NCBI GenBank assembly: GCA_963662585.1
Contig: OY759729.1
Coordinates: 1,248,001-1,312,000, forward strand
Source: Candidatus Cloacimonadales bacterium
Lineage (GTDB): Bacteria; Cloacimonadota; Cloacimonadia; Cloacimonadales; JAFGVF01
DNA length: 64,000 nt
Direction: 5' to 3'
A model generated the notes under the pieces. The model was given only the letters and a program-made list of their open reading frames with translations, was not told where the DNA came from and searched no databases. Shown one piece after another: positions 53,542 to 64,000 of this stretch. A program made the position numbers and the translations under genes. Positions within the stretch are counted from its first letter, which is position 1. Each line of letters opens with the position of its first letter.

Positions 53542-56031
53542 ATGTTCATAGTCCCAGTCCACGATCCTGTACTTATTTTTTCCATAGTAATGACTACAGT
53601 TTTAATAGCCCCGCTCTTAGCAGAAAGGTTTAAATTACCAGGAATTATAGGATTAATCATCTTTGGTGTAATTTTAGGTCCACATGTAAGTAATATTTTA
53701 GAAAGAGATGAGACTATAAACTTACTAGGTAAGATTGGACTTTTATACATTATGTTCCAGGCGGGTTTAGAGATAAACTTGGAAGAGATAAAGAAGAATA
53801 AACATCTTAGTATTAACTTTGGTTTATTAACCTTTTTGATTCCTTTAATTCTCGGAACTGCAAGTGCTTATTATATTTTGAATATGTCATTCAATGCTTC
53901 CTTACTATTAGCCAGTATGTTTTCTTCCCATACACTATTGACATTTCCTATAGTAAGTAGAATGGGCTTAGCTAAGAAGAAATCTGTTACTGCCACAATT
54001 GGTGGAACTATCATAACAGATACCTTGGCTTTCTTAGTATTAGCAGCAATTGCAGCAATTCATACTGGTGAAGTATCGGCAATATTCTGGATAAAATTAC
54101 TTTTATTCTCGGTTATTTATGCTGGAATAGTGATAATCTTCTTACCTAAAATTACTACTTGGTTTTTCCGAAGATTTTTCTCAGAATCAGGAGTAGAAGA
54201 TTATGTATTTGTTATTACAGCCCTCTTTATTTCTGCTTATTTCTCTTATCTAATTGGTTTAGAACCTATTATTGGAGCCTTCCTAGCTGGTTTAACTTTA
54301 AATCCACTTATCCCTGAAAAAGGTCTTCTAATGAATAGAATCCAATTCGTGGGAAACTCTCTCTTTATTCCATTTTTCCTAATTTCAGTGGGAATGCTAA
54401 TCGATCCTGTTGTCTTATTTACCAATAAGTCGGCGATTTTAGTTTCTCTTGTGATGATTGTCATTGTCCTAACTTCCAAAGATATAGCAGCTAGAATATT
54501 CTCTAAAATAGCTAAATTTTCAGCCAATGATAGAGGATTAATCTATGGTATGAGTGTTAATCAAGCAGCTGCAACCTTAGCAGCAGTACTAGTTGGCTTT
54601 AATATAGGTATTTTTACAGAAGCTGTACTATCAGGAACAATTATGATGATTGTTGCTACAAGTTTCGTTGGTTCTATAGTGACTCAGAAATATGCCCGTA
54701 AAATTGCTCTGAGTGAGGATAGTGAGAGTAAGGATATTCCTAGTAAAATGAGTTTGAACAGAATTCTAATACCTCTCTTGAAAGAGAAAGATGTGGCATC
54801 ACTAATGGATTTCTCTTTTCTTCTCCATAATAAAGGCAGTCATGAGCCTCTCTATCCCCTTCATGTTTCTTTGGAAGGAAGCAATTTAGAACAAAAGATA
54901 GTAGAAGGTGAATCTATTTTAGCAAAGGCTAATGTCAGAACTAATGCTATTCAAAAGAATTCAATCCCCTTAAACAAAATCGATAATAATATTTCTGCTT
55001 CGATTCTCAAAACCATTCATGAACAGAGGATTAATAAAGTTATTTTGGGCTGGAGTGAGAATGGTCCATTTATGAGTTCTTTTTATGAAACAACTACTGA
55101 GCAGTTAACAAAATACTGTTTAGAAATGATCTTAATTGCTAACCTAGTAAAACCCCTAAATATAACTAAGCGAATTTTATTGATTATTCCTCCCTACCTC
55201 TATAGACAGTCAGGTTTTACAGATACAATAAACTCTCTCAAAGTACTAAAGAATGCTATTTCTGCAGAATGGTTTATTATCTCAGAAGATGAGACTTTTT
55301 CGGAAATTAAACATCACTTTATAAAGCAGAAAGGTGAAATTGGATTTAAAGCTGTTGAAAGTTGGAAGAGTGTTATACAAGCTATTAAATCTATTTTAGA
55401 ACCAACTGATATGATTATTCAAATACTTGCTAGGAAAGGATCTATTGCTTGGAGAATGAGCTTTGATCAGCTTGCTAACCAGATTTATAAGCAATTCCCA
55501 GCAAATAATTTAGTAGCTACTTATCCTTACCTCCATACTACTGACCATGTTGATTTTGCTGAAAGTGAAGAAGAGCAAAAGACAACTATTAAAAATCGCT
55601 TTATCAATGACTTAATACCTGAGGATAATATTTATTTCGACTATAAAGAGAGTAATCCTCACTTAGTATTTGAATCTATCTTTAAAGATAATTCCCAGTT
55701 ATTGGATGAACAAATACTTAAACAGATTACTGGTGTCCTCCATGATTACCCACTAGAATTAACTAAAGAGATTGTCCTAATTCATACTAGAACAAACCTA
55801 ATCAATGATTATCAAATTTATATTGCTGTTAATCAAAATGGATTTGATATTCCACAGATAGATAATGTCCATAAAATAATGATTATACTTCTATCTCCTG
55901 TGGATAAAACTACTCAAAGTCATCTTAATATCCTTTCTAAGATATCTAGAACTGTTACTCAAGATAAATTCATTACTTCCATACTAAATGCCAAAAATTT
56001 TGATGAATTTAATGAAATGTGTGGGGAATAA
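53542..56031 (+). CDS. Cation:proton antiporter (CPA2) with USP-like region and C-terminal PTS EIIA-like domain
   Basis: GLLYIMFQAGLE, IIGAFLAGL, FIPFFLISVG; C-terminal IVLIHTR..HLNILSKISR. Confidence 0.85.
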   Translation: MFIVPVHDPVLIFSIVMTTVLIAPLLAERFKLPGIIGLIIFGVILGPHVSNILERDETINLLGKIGLLYIMFQAGLEINLEEIKKNKHLSINFGLLTFLIPLILGTASAYYILNMSFNASLLLASMFSSHTLLTFPIVSRMGLAKKKSVTATIGGTIITDTLAFLVLAAIAAIHTGEVSAIFWIKLLLFSVIYAGIVIIFLPKITTWFFRRFFSESGVEDYVFVITALFISAYFSYLIGLEPIIGAFLAGLTLNPLIPEKGLLMNRIQFVGNSLFIPFFLISVGMLIDPVVLFTNKSAILVSLVMIVIVLTSKDIAARIFSKIAKFSANDRGLIYGMSVNQAAATLAAVLVGFNIGIFTEAVLSGTIMMIVATSFVGSIVTQKYARKIALSEDSESKDIPSKMSLNRILIPLLKEKDVASLMDFSFLLHNKGSHEPLYPLHVSLEGSNLEQKIVEGESILAKANVRTNAIQKNSIPLNKIDNNISASILKTIHEQRINKVILGWSENGPFMSSFYETTTEQLTKYCLEMILIANLVKPLNITKRILLIIPPYLYRQSGFTDTINSLKVLKNAISAEWFIISEDETFSEIKHHFIKQKGEIGFKAVESWKSVIQAIKSILEPTDMIIQILARKGSIAWRMSFDQLANQIYKQFPANNLVATYPYLHTTDHVDFAESEEEQKTTIKNRFINDLIPEDNIYFDYKESNPHLVFESIFKDNSQLLDEQILKQITGVLHDYPLELTKEIVLIHTRTNLINDYQIYIAVNQNGFDIPQIDNVHKIMIILLSPVDKTTQSHLNILSKISRTVTQDKFITSILNAKNFDEFNEMCGE

Positions 56032-56530
56032 GTGAGAATTGAGATAAATAGACCTTTCACGCGAATTAACGCTAAGTCAGCTAGTGCTGTCACCCCTCTC
56101 AAGAGGGGAATAAAGAAGGGAGTATGATAATCCCTCTTCTGTCGGATTGTGGACAGCCTGAAGACCGGAGTTCCTCAGCCGTAGGCAAGGGACTTCGGAC
56201 GAAGAAATTTGTCTGTCGGATAGTGGACACCCTGAAGACCGGAGCTCCTCAGCCGTAGGCAAGGGACTTCGGACGAAGAAATTTGTCTGTCGGAAGTCGC
56301 TATTCCGTAAAATTGCTCAAAAATTTAGGAATCCGAGAAATAAAGTAATCTACCACGCTACTGCGTGGTGCGAGCAAGATGCTCACTTTCCCAGTTAATA
56401 ATCTAGAAATACTAGTGTTTAATGTGGAAGCAGAAACGCTTCCACTACATAGAAGTGTCGCTCCTCTGGAGCTTAGGTAATTGTTTGGCATCTGTTATCT
56501 ACAAAGATTTCGCTGCCTCTGCAGCTAGTG
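56032..56530 (+). repeat. Mosaic repeat island (heptamer cap, two 74-bp units containing the 54-bp core, GTGGAAGC palindrome, other hairpins)
   Basis: Direct matches to modules at 28590-28691, 29021-29045, 29133-29160 and inverted match to 30280-30310. Confidence 0.9.
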
Positions 56531-56839
56531 AGGCCAAAGCTTTAGCGACACCTCAAGGTAGCCACAAAGGGTCTTTCGATCTTTCTTAAATCACTGTGGG
56601 AAAATATCCCCAAGTGTGAAATAGATTAAACACAGATAGTGTAATAGAACTTTAGTGAAGAGTGCAGATTATTCTAGCAAAATAGCTTACATAATTTTGA
56701 CGCATATAATATATATATTCGGAGAAATTATGGAAGTTACTTTTGCAGAACAATATAGGGCTAATCACAAAGGTCTAGTGCATTATTTGGGTTAAAACAA
56801 TGATTGTAAAAAAACAGGTCAAATTATTTAGGGATGGAC

Positions 56840-56865
56840 AAAAAAAATCCCCCTCTGCAGGGGGA
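56840..56865 (-). terminator. Intrinsic terminator after rpmB
   Basis: Minus strand tccccct-gcag-agggggа hairpin + T8. Confidence 0.8.
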
Positions 56866-56920
56866 CAAAAAGTAATTATTAAACTAAAAAATTAGTTCAA
56901 TTCTTTATAATAAATTAGAA

Positions 56921-57112
56921 TTATACAACTTTTTTAACTTTATTAGCTTTTAAGCAAGCTACGCAAATTTTAATAGTTTTAACTTCACCACTAATTTCTG
57001 CTCTAATTTTCTGAAGATTTGGATAAAATCTTCTTTTAGTTGCATTTAAAGCATGACTACGAAGGTTACCAACAATTGAACCTTTTCCGCATACATCGCA
57101 TACTCGTGACAT
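56921..57112 (-). CDS. rpmB: 50S ribosomal protein L28 (Zn-ribbon type)
   Basis: [31 protein letters not shown]. Confidence 0.97.
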   Translation of the reverse strand: MSRVCDVCGKGSIVGNLRSHALNATKRRFYPNLQKIRAEISGEVKTIKICVACLKANKVKKVV

Positions 57113-57222
57113 AATTCACCTTCCTCAATTTTTTCTATTTATGACAAAAGAATGATATACATATATTTTGGCAAGTATTTTGTGCATTTTTTTTCAAATA
57201 GATAATTCTGTCCAGAAAAAAA

Positions 57223-59070
57223 TTAAAATCGTCTTCTTTCTCCGAGCAAAATAATGTCTTTAAGATTCTTTTTAAAGTGAGCATTCATCCACTTTTTCTC
57301 AAATTCTTTATTCTGGACAATTTGAGCAATAGCTGATAATGATTTTAAATGAAGATTTCTTTCAGACATAGAACCAGCTAAGACAAAAATTGCTTTCACT
57401 TCAGTTTGTTCAGCTGAGAATTCAATTCCCTGCTGTGCTCTAATTAAGATAATTTCAAAGCTATCTTCTTTTTCAATAATCAAATGAGGAATAGCGACAA
57501 AAGGAGTTAAAGCAGTAGATGCTTGTTGTTCCCTGTCATGTAATTTCCTTAAGATATCTGCTTCAGAGATAGTCGTTCTTGCTTCTAAATTCTCTGCGAT
57601 TATAGTAAAAAGTTGATCCATAGATATTTTATCTTCAATATCAATGACTATAGATTTTTCAATTAATTGATCAAATTTATCTTTAGTAATATCATCTCTT
57701 TCATAAAGAATACTCTTTAATTCACCTTCTAAATTATAAGAAGTTAACTTTTTATTCATGACTCTTTCAATTAGATGAAGCAATGCATATTCATTATGAT
57801 CTTTCTTTCTTCCATAGAAATAATAGACAAAGAATCCGAAAATAATCAAGCCAAAACTTATCAAAATTGGATAAAGTCCCATATCAAAAATTAACATTAT
57901 AAAAGCGAATATCGCTAAAATCTGAGTCCAAGGATATAATGGAGCTTTAAATGAAGGACGGTAGTTCTGAATTTTACTTTCTCTCAAGATAATGACAGAA
58001 AGATTAGAAAGAATATAATTCATAATTACCACTGTTGAGGCTGCTTTAATAAGTATATCTAAGGGTAACATGATGGCAAAAACAATAAAAGTACCTGTAA
58101 TGAGTAAAGATGCTATAGGAGTTCCTAACTTAGGAGAAATGACACCTAAAAGTTTAGGCATAAGATTATCTCTACTCATAGCCATTGGATAACGAGAAGC
58201 AGACATAATTCCAGCATTTGCGGTAGTAATAAAAGCTAACATTGAGGCAATAAGAATCATATAAAAACCAAAATTACCTAAAAACAATTTAGCAGTTGTT
58301 GCAATTGGGGTCAAGTTATTGGGATCTTTTAAGATAGAAGAATTCTCAATACCTACTGTGACTATTAACATTCCAGTATATAAAATAATAGTTACTACCA
58401 AAGAAGAAATGAGTCCTAAGGGAATATTTCGCTTGGGATTTGATATTTCTTCAGACATGGAAGCAACTTTGATTAAGCCACCATAAGAGACAAATACAAA
58501 GCCTGCGGTAATAAGAACACCTTTTCCGCCATTGAAAGTAAATGGTTCGAAATGTTGAACTTGAATAGAGCTTATTCCACCAATAATATATATTAGCATT
58601 ATTGAAATTAAACCTATTACTAAGGCAACTTGAAATTTACCAGCCTCTTTTACTCCTGTAACATTTAGTGCCACAAAGAAAGCAGTTATCAACACACCAA
58701 TCAATGACCAAGTAGTTGGATTAAAATCTATAAATAGTTTTGCTACCGAAATTATTCCTATAATACCAAAAGCACTCTTCAAAGATAATGCAAACCAGCT
58801 TAGAAGACCTGAAATAGTACCAACAGGTGCACCCAAGCTTCTATTGATAAAGAAATAGTCTCCTCCAGCCTTAGGCATTGCCGTGGCTAGTTCTGAGACG
58901 CTTAAAACACCAGCAAAAGCCAATAAACCTGCAATAAAATATGAAACAAACTCAGAAGGTCCTGTCATTGCAAAAGCTAATCCTGGCAAGATAAAAATAC
59001 CCGAACTAATCATAGCACCCGTTGCGATGCTAAAAATTTCTGGGAGCTTAAGAGCTCTTTTCAGGGGCAC
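57223..59070 (-). CDS. APC-family amino acid permease fused to PTS EIIA-like domain
   Basis: GAMISSGIF, ELATAMPKAGG, SEEISNPKRNIP; C-terminal REQQAST..VAIPH..HLKSLSAIA. Confidence 0.9.
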   Translation of the reverse strand: MPLKRALKLPEIFSIATGAMISSGIFILPGLAFAMTGPSEFVSYFIAGLLAFAGVLSVSELATAMPKAGGDYFFINRSLGAPVGTISGLLSWFALSLKSAFGIIGIISVAKLFIDFNPTTWSLIGVLITAFFVALNVTGVKEAGKFQVALVIGLISIMLIYIIGGISSIQVQHFEPFTFNGGKGVLITAGFVFVSYGGLIKVASMSEEISNPKRNIPLGLISSLVVTIILYTGMLIVTVGIENSSILKDPNNLTPIATTAKLFLGNFGFYMILIASMLAFITTANAGIMSASRYPMAMSRDNLMPKLLGVISPKLGTPIASLLITGTFIVFAIMLPLDILIKAASTVVIMNYILSNLSVIILRESKIQNYRPSFKAPLYPWTQILAIFAFIMLIFDMGLYPILISFGLIIFGFFVYYFYGRKKDHNEYALLHLIERVMNKKLTSYNLEGELKSILYERDDITKDKFDQLIEKSIVIDIEDKISMDQLFTIIAENLEARTTISEADILRKLHDREQQASTALTPFVAIPHLIIEKEDSFEIILIRAQQGIEFSAEQTEVKAIFVLAGSMSERNLHLKSLSAIAQIVQNKEFEKKWMNAHFKKNLKDIILLGERRRF

Positions 59071-59491
59071 TGGACCTCCTATCTATAATTTCTACTTTTC
59101 TATAATCATCAATAATTTCGAAATATATTTCTATTCTCTCTTCTGTTATTAACTCTTCAGCAATTTGTGGCCATTCCACAAATACAATACCCTCATCTGT
59201 AAAGTCTGTTATACCTAATTCTAATATCTCTTCTGGACTTCCGAGTCTATATAAATCTAGATGAAAGACAGTAAATTCATTAGCATCATATTCATTAAGA
59301 AGCACATAGGAAGGACTGCTGACATAATCCATAACGCCAAGTTCACGACAGAATTCTGTAACAAAAAAAGTTTTACCTGCACCAAGTTCACCATAGAGAA
59401 AATAAATATCTCCTTTCTTAGCCTTTTGAGCAAGAGAGATGGCAAACTTTTTGCTTTCTTCTTCATTTCTTAAAATAAAATCTTGTTTCAT
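59048..59491 (-). CDS. tsaE: tRNA threonylcarbamoyladenosine biosynthesis ATPase TsaE
   Basis: GELGAGKT, VSSPSY, HLDLYRL, VEW. Confidence 0.96.
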   Translation of the reverse strand: MKQDFILRNEEESKKFAISLAQKAKKGDIYFLYGELGAGKTFFVTEFCRELGVMDYVSSPSYVLLNEYDANEFTVFHLDLYRLGSPEEILELGITDFTDEGIVFVEWPQIAEELITEERIEIYFEIIDDYRKVEIIDRRSSAPEKSS

Positions 59492-59555
59492 TAATTCCCT
59501 TTGTTAATAAATATAGTGGTAGAAATACTTCCACCACTATATTTTCGTTACTAAT

Positions 59556-61115
59556 TTATTTTTTAGCTCTTCCAATCGATAAAGGCAGAATCATCTCTTG
59601 CATTGAGATGCCTCCATGTTGGAAAGTACCGTTAAATTTCTTTTGGTAAGTGTGATAAGAGTTTGGATAAACAAAATAGTAGTCTTCTTTAGCAAAGATA
59701 TAATTCTCCACAATATTCTTCACAGGTAAGCCTACAGCTTTAGGGTCTTTAACAAAATAGGCATGCTTAGTGTTAGTAGTAAGATTCTTTCCATCTTTAT
59801 ATCTTACGGTTTGAGAAGTATCTTTATCTCCAACTACTTGAGTTGCTCTATTAACTCTGATAGAGCCGTGATCAGTTGTGATAACGATATTGGCACCTTG
59901 CTTAGCAATCAACTTAAGTGCTTCATAAAGTGGAGAATGAATAAACCAATGTTTGGTAAAGTTTCTTAGAGCTTTTTCATCAGGAATTGTTTCTAAAAGA
60001 ATCTGATCTTTTGAACGGTGATGAGTAAGAAGATCCAAGAAGTTATACACTAAAACAACTAATTTATCATTTTGCCAGCTATCAATCTTTCTGATTACGA
60101 AGTTACCCTCTTCAATATTGAAAATCTTCACATACTTAGATGGAACATCAAGATTAACACCAATATCAGTTAGATGCTCATCCATCAATTGATGTTCATT
60201 TCTATTGCGACTATTATCCATATCAGATGAGTTGTCCCAATATTCAGGGAATCTTTTAGCAATATCAATTGGTAAAAGGCCACTAAAAATAGCGTTTCTG
60301 GAATAAGGAGTAGCTGTCGGAAGAATAGAGAAATAAAGTTTTAAATCTATATTAAATAGTTCTTTTAAATAAGGTTCAATAGCCAAATATTGGTCTAATC
60401 TTAGACAATCTAAAATTATAAAATAGGTTGGCTTATCTTCCTGTAAAAGAGGTTCAACATAAGAAGAAATAAGATCAAAGGAAAGGTCTGGTCGTTCATC
60501 AGAATTAATCCAGCCTTCATAGTTTTTTTCTACAAAATTAGTAAACTCACTATTGCAACTTTTCGTTTGAAGAAAATGCATCTGTTCTAAGCCTGTATCT
60601 TCAACCTCTGAAATTCTTAAATCCCATTGGCATAATTCTCTATAGATTTCGTACCAGTCTTTATAAGTAGGGTTAAAATTAATCACATCATTAATTCTAT
60701 TAACAAATTTGGTATATTGCTGTCCCAATTGACTTTGAATAATATTAGTAGAATCAAATATTTTTTTGATAGACATGATAATCTGGTTAGGGTTAATAGG
60801 CTTGATTAAATAGTCAGCAATTTGATTAGCAATTGCTAAATCCATGATTCCTTCAGCTTCACTTTTGGTTACCATAATGACTTTTAAATCGGAAGAAATT
60901 TTCTTAATCCTCTCCAATGTTTCTAATCCATCTAAACCCGGCATCATTTCGTCTAGTAAGACAAGATCAAAATTATCATCTTCCACCTTTTGAATGCCAT
61001 CCATACCATTAGAAGCAGTATCTACACTATACCCTTTTTTTTCTAAGAACATCACAAGCGGTTTAAGTAATTCAACTTCATCATCAATCCATAGTATTTT
61101 AAATTCTTTGTTCAT
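59556..61115 (-). CDS. PorX-like response regulator with PglZ/alkaline-phosphatase domain
   Basis: REC (WIDDE, DEMMPG), LPTATPYSRNAIF, TTDHG, FQHGGIS; adjacent to tsaE. Confidence 0.88.
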   Translation of the reverse strand: MNKEFKILWIDDEVELLKPLVMFLEKKGYSVDTASNGMDGIQKVEDDNFDLVLLDEMMPGLDGLETLERIKKISSDLKVIMVTKSEAEGIMDLAIANQIADYLIKPINPNQIIMSIKKIFDSTNIIQSQLGQQYTKFVNRINDVINFNPTYKDWYEIYRELCQWDLRISEVEDTGLEQMHFLQTKSCNSEFTNFVEKNYEGWINSDERPDLSFDLISSYVEPLLQEDKPTYFIILDCLRLDQYLAIEPYLKELFNIDLKLYFSILPTATPYSRNAIFSGLLPIDIAKRFPEYWDNSSDMDNSRNRNEHQLMDEHLTDIGVNLDVPSKYVKIFNIEEGNFVIRKIDSWQNDKLVVLVYNFLDLLTHHRSKDQILLETIPDEKALRNFTKHWFIHSPLYEALKLIAKQGANIVITTDHGSIRVNRATQVVGDKDTSQTVRYKDGKNLTTNTKHAYFVKDPKAVGLPVKNIVENYIFAKEDYYFVYPNSYHTYQKKFNGTFQHGGISMQEMILPLSIGRAKK

Positions 61116-61163
61116 ATAATCCTCTGATTTTGTTATAGTAAATACGCTTGAAACTGCAATTTC

Positions 61164-61790
61164 TTATAGATTATCTCCTTCTACTTGTTCCTCAAACTTT
61201 CTCTGTTTCTCCCTAATAGTGTCATTTACCTTTTCTAAATCACTATCTTGGAAAAAGAGAGCCAATTTGTAATTCAATTCTTTTCCAGAGCAATTAAAAT
61301 AACCTTTCATATTATCCAAAAACTGTTCTACAAAAACATCTTTTAAGGTTTTAGAATCTTCTCTTTTTTTATCATTAATCTCTTTAATCTTCTCTTTTAA
61401 ATCTTGATGAGTTAACTCTTCAGCTTGCTTAACCCATTCTTCCTGAACTTCATAAGTACTATCTTTAATGAGAGGTTTAATAAGGCTAAGTCTGTCCATA
61501 CCAATTTCTTTAACTGTTTCAGAATCCATATTCATATCTTTAATATAGATATCATAAACAGCAATCAATTTAGCAGCTAAGGTATTAGACATATTATACT
61601 CTGATTCTATAAATTCCTTAAAATTCTTATAGCCCTTAATCTTGAAAGTACGCATTCTTTTCATTTCTGATAATAATTCACCAAGGGCGACAAAGTCCTC
61701 TTCTAATCTATTTTTAATAGTTCCAATAGCTTTAAATCTTTCTTCAGGAGTTAAACGATCTTCTTGATTTGCATTAAATATTTCTGACAT
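61164..61790 (-). CDS. Hypothetical protein, possible HTH DNA-binding protein
   Basis: 208-aa ORF with RBS; LGELLSEMK..GYKNFKEFIE..MSNTLAAKLI. Confidence 0.7.
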   Translation of the reverse strand: MSEIFNANQEDRLTPEERFKAIGTIKNRLEEDFVALGELLSEMKRMRTFKIKGYKNFKEFIESEYNMSNTLAAKLIAVYDIYIKDMNMDSETVKEIGMDRLSLIKPLIKDSTYEVQEEWVKQAEELTHQDLKEKIKEINDKKREDSKTLKDVFVEQFLDNMKGYFNCSGKELNYKLALFFQDSDLEKVNDTIREKQRKFEEQVEGDNL

Positions 61791-61804
61791 ATTATATCCT
61801 TTTG

Positions 61805-62614
61805 TTATTTTTCTTCAATAGGGAAGTAAGTATGTTCTACTTTTGGGAAAGAACTATCTTTTACTTCTTGGGTGAATTGCATCAAAGCTTGTGGAATAAG
61901 GGTATCTAAATCAGCATAAGTTTTAACAAACTTAGCAATATAATCAGAGTTCCCTAAGATATCATGATAGACTAAAACCTGTCCATCAGTAAATCTACCA
62001 GCTCCAATCCCAATAGTTGGGATTTTAATAGTTTCACTAATTTCCTTAGCTAAGCCTTCAGGAACACCTTCTAAGACTAGCATAAAAGCACCTGCTTCAG
62101 TAACCTTAATTGCCTCAGCTAGAATCTCTTGATACTTTTCTTGAGTCTTTCCCTGCACCTTATATCCCCCAAACTTATTAACAGATTGAGGGGTAAGTCC
62201 AAGATGAGCCACTACAGGTATCTCACAGTCAACTATCGCTTTAATTGCTTCAATTCTGGAATCAGAGCCACCTTCTAATTTGACAGCATTTGCCATTCCT
62301 TGAGTAATTAAACGAGCTGCATTTCTTTTGGTCTCTTTTAAATCAAGATGATAAGACATAAATGGCATATCAGCTACAATAAAGGTATTAGGAGCACCCC
62401 TACGAACTGCTTTTGTATGATGAAGAATATCATCTAAAGTAACTTGCAGGGTATTTTCATAACCCAACACAACCATGCCCAAACTATCCCCTACTAAGAT
62501 AATATCTGCCTTACTTCTTTCTACCAATCTTCCTGAAGGATAGTCATAAGCAGTTATCATCACGATATTATCCCTATTTTGTTTCATCTTTTTGAATGAA
62601 TTTATATTTAACAT
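61805..62614 (-). CDS. panB: 3-methyl-2-oxobutanoate hydroxymethyltransferase
   Basis: TAYD, LVGDSLG, ADMPF, VKLEGG, HLGLTPQS, IGIGAG, GQVLV. Confidence 0.97.
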   Translation of the reverse strand: MLNINSFKKMKQNRDNIVMITAYDYPSGRLVERSKADIILVGDSLGMVVLGYENTLQVTLDDILHHTKAVRRGAPNTFIVADMPFMSYHLDLKETKRNAARLITQGMANAVKLEGGSDSRIEAIKAIVDCEIPVVAHLGLTPQSVNKFGGYKVQGKTQEKYQEILAEAIKVTEAGAFMLVLEGVPEGLAKEISETIKIPTIGIGAGRFTDGQVLVYHDILGNSDYIAKFVKTYADLDTLIPQALMQFTQEVKDSSFPKVEHTYFPIEEK

Positions 62615-62623
62615 TATTTTTTA

Positions 62624-63493
62624 TTATTCTCCACTATTTCCTTCACTATCAGCTTCACCTTCAGTTGCTTCTGCATCGCTCTCTTCACGAGTAGTATCTC
62701 TTTCATATTGTAGATCAGATTTAAACTGTCCTTTATTAAAGAAAATATCATAGATAGTATCTCCGACTTCAGACCAAGCGATGAACCTTCCTGCCAGATA
62801 ACCATCTAAGAAGTTTGCCTGCATAGCATGAGTACCATCTTCATACCAAGCATAACTGGGTCCTGATAAAAGCCCATTTTTTATAGTTTTGTATTCACTA
62901 ATTTGTCCATTTTTAAAGGAAGAGTAGGCCCTTCCAGTGTAAAGTTCACCCTTATAATAATATAAGCTATCTAGCAGATCTAACTTCGCTAAGTCAAAGG
63001 TATTTTCAGGAAGTTTAAAATCATCAATTGAATCAAGGTCATAAGCATTTACATCGGCTAGAGTAACCACTTTAGTTTTTTTATCAGTTTCTTTGCCTGA
63101 AGCAGGATAATCACTTTTTGTTGGATTGTCTGGTGGATCAAGAATTAAGATCATAGTTTCCGTCAATCTTGAGTACTCTTGTAATTCAGTTAAACTAAGA
63201 TCGCCATCATCTAATGATTTAGTCATAGAATCTAACTCTGTAAGTAGGTCTGCAAAAGATGAATAATCAGTTAATCCAAAAACTTTGAAGCTAGCAGCCA
63301 CGGATGAGAAGCTGACTTCATCATTGTTTATAATACCTTGAATATCATATATATCTCTTGAAATCTTGGCAACTTCTTGAGCTTTTCTAATGTTATCTAC
63401 ACTATTTTGATCTAATCCTCTATCGCCTAAGTTTGAACAAGCTATAAGCAATAATTGAGAGATTATAATAAGAAATATAATTCTTTTTAGCAT
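62624..63493 (-). CDS. Lipoprotein with MORN-variant (YwqK-like) repeats
   Basis: Lipobox LIAC; YTG..FKNGQ..KNGLLSG..WYEDG..DGYLAG..W. Confidence 0.7.
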   Translation of the reverse strand: MLKRIIFLIIISQLLLIACSNLGDRGLDQNSVDNIRKAQEVAKISRDIYDIQGIINNDEVSFSSVAASFKVFGLTDYSSFADLLTELDSMTKSLDDGDLSLTELQEYSRLTETMILILDPPDNPTKSDYPASGKETDKKTKVVTLADVNAYDLDSIDDFKLPENTFDLAKLDLLDSLYYYKGELYTGRAYSSFKNGQISEYKTIKNGLLSGPSYAWYEDGTHAMQANFLDGYLAGRFIAWSEVGDTIYDIFFNKGQFKSDLQYERDTTREESDAEATEGEADSEGNSGE

Positions 63494-63591
63494 TGACTCC
63501 TCCTAATTGAGTTTCAATTTATTATTTTTAATAAAAGCCATACTAAAACAAAATAAGCTTTTTTAGTATTATTGACAATAAATATATTTTA

Positions 63592-64000
63592 TTAATCCAT
63601 CAAAGTATCTAATTTTGGCACCATTTCCATCATAAATTCATGATATCTATCTTCAAAAATTGCTTTTCTAGCTATTCCTACTAACTCTAAATAGAAGTGA
63701 AGACTATGAATAGTGGCCAATCTTAAACCTAATACTTCACCTGCATTAAAAAGATGCCTAATGTAAGCTCTGGAGAAGTTTCTACAGGCATAACAAGTAC
63801 ATTCTTCATCTATAGGGCGGGGATCAGCTTTATATCTTCCTGCTTTAATAATCAACTTTCCATTACGGGTAAAGATAGTTCCTTTCCGAGCATTGCGAGT
63901 AGGCATCACGCAGTCAAACATATCAACACCATTAGCAATATTAATTAAAATATCGCTTGGTGTACCGACTCCCATTAAATAACGGGGTTTATTCTCTGGA
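63592..64000 (-). CDS. tgt: tRNA-guanine transglycosylase, C-terminal part (runs off window end)
   Basis: [40 protein letters not shown]. Confidence 0.96.
   Translation of the reverse strand, partial: PENKPRYLMGVGTPSDILINIANGVDMFDCVMPTRNARKGTIFTRNGKLIIKAGRYKADPRPIDEECTCYACRNFSRAYIRHLFNAGEVLGLRLATIHSLHFYLELVGIARKAIFEDRYHEFMMEMVPKLDTLMD

Overview
AT-rich bacterial chromosome segment, most consistent with Candidatus Cloacimonadota or a related FCB-group lineage. This assignment is an inference from 16S features, a porX-like gene next to tsaE, and a secreted protein with a C-terminal WGKIK motif. The window is mostly housekeeping: polA, bamA, ispD, glmS, hflX, malic enzyme, ribBA, ktr/trk, adk, acpS, the rpsP-khpA-rimM-trmD-rplS cluster, rpmB, tsaE, panB and tgt. 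It also holds a complete minus-strand rRNA operon (16S-tRNAIle-tRNAAla-23S-5S) whose 23S carries a ~230-nt intervening sequence at helix 45, and a group IIC intron inserted in the U-tract of an intrinsic terminator. The unexplained signal is non-coding. (i) Four intergenic 'mosaic islands' (2334-3533, 28453-30340, 36071-36190, 56032-56530) are built from one shared, shuffled set of hairpin modules. They include a 54-bp tandem array with a hammerhead-like CTGAAGA-stem-GAAA core and a 158-bp tandem array. Three of the four are capped by heptamer repeats that begin just after upstream gene 3' ends, and they are associated with a nonsense-disrupted four-helix-bundle gene and a duplicated 5S rRNA 3' end. 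(ii) A separate, diverged 82-bp palindromic element with a fixed 26-bp spacer occurs three times. (iii) An Ile/Val-rich leader peptide plus terminator lies upstream of hflX.
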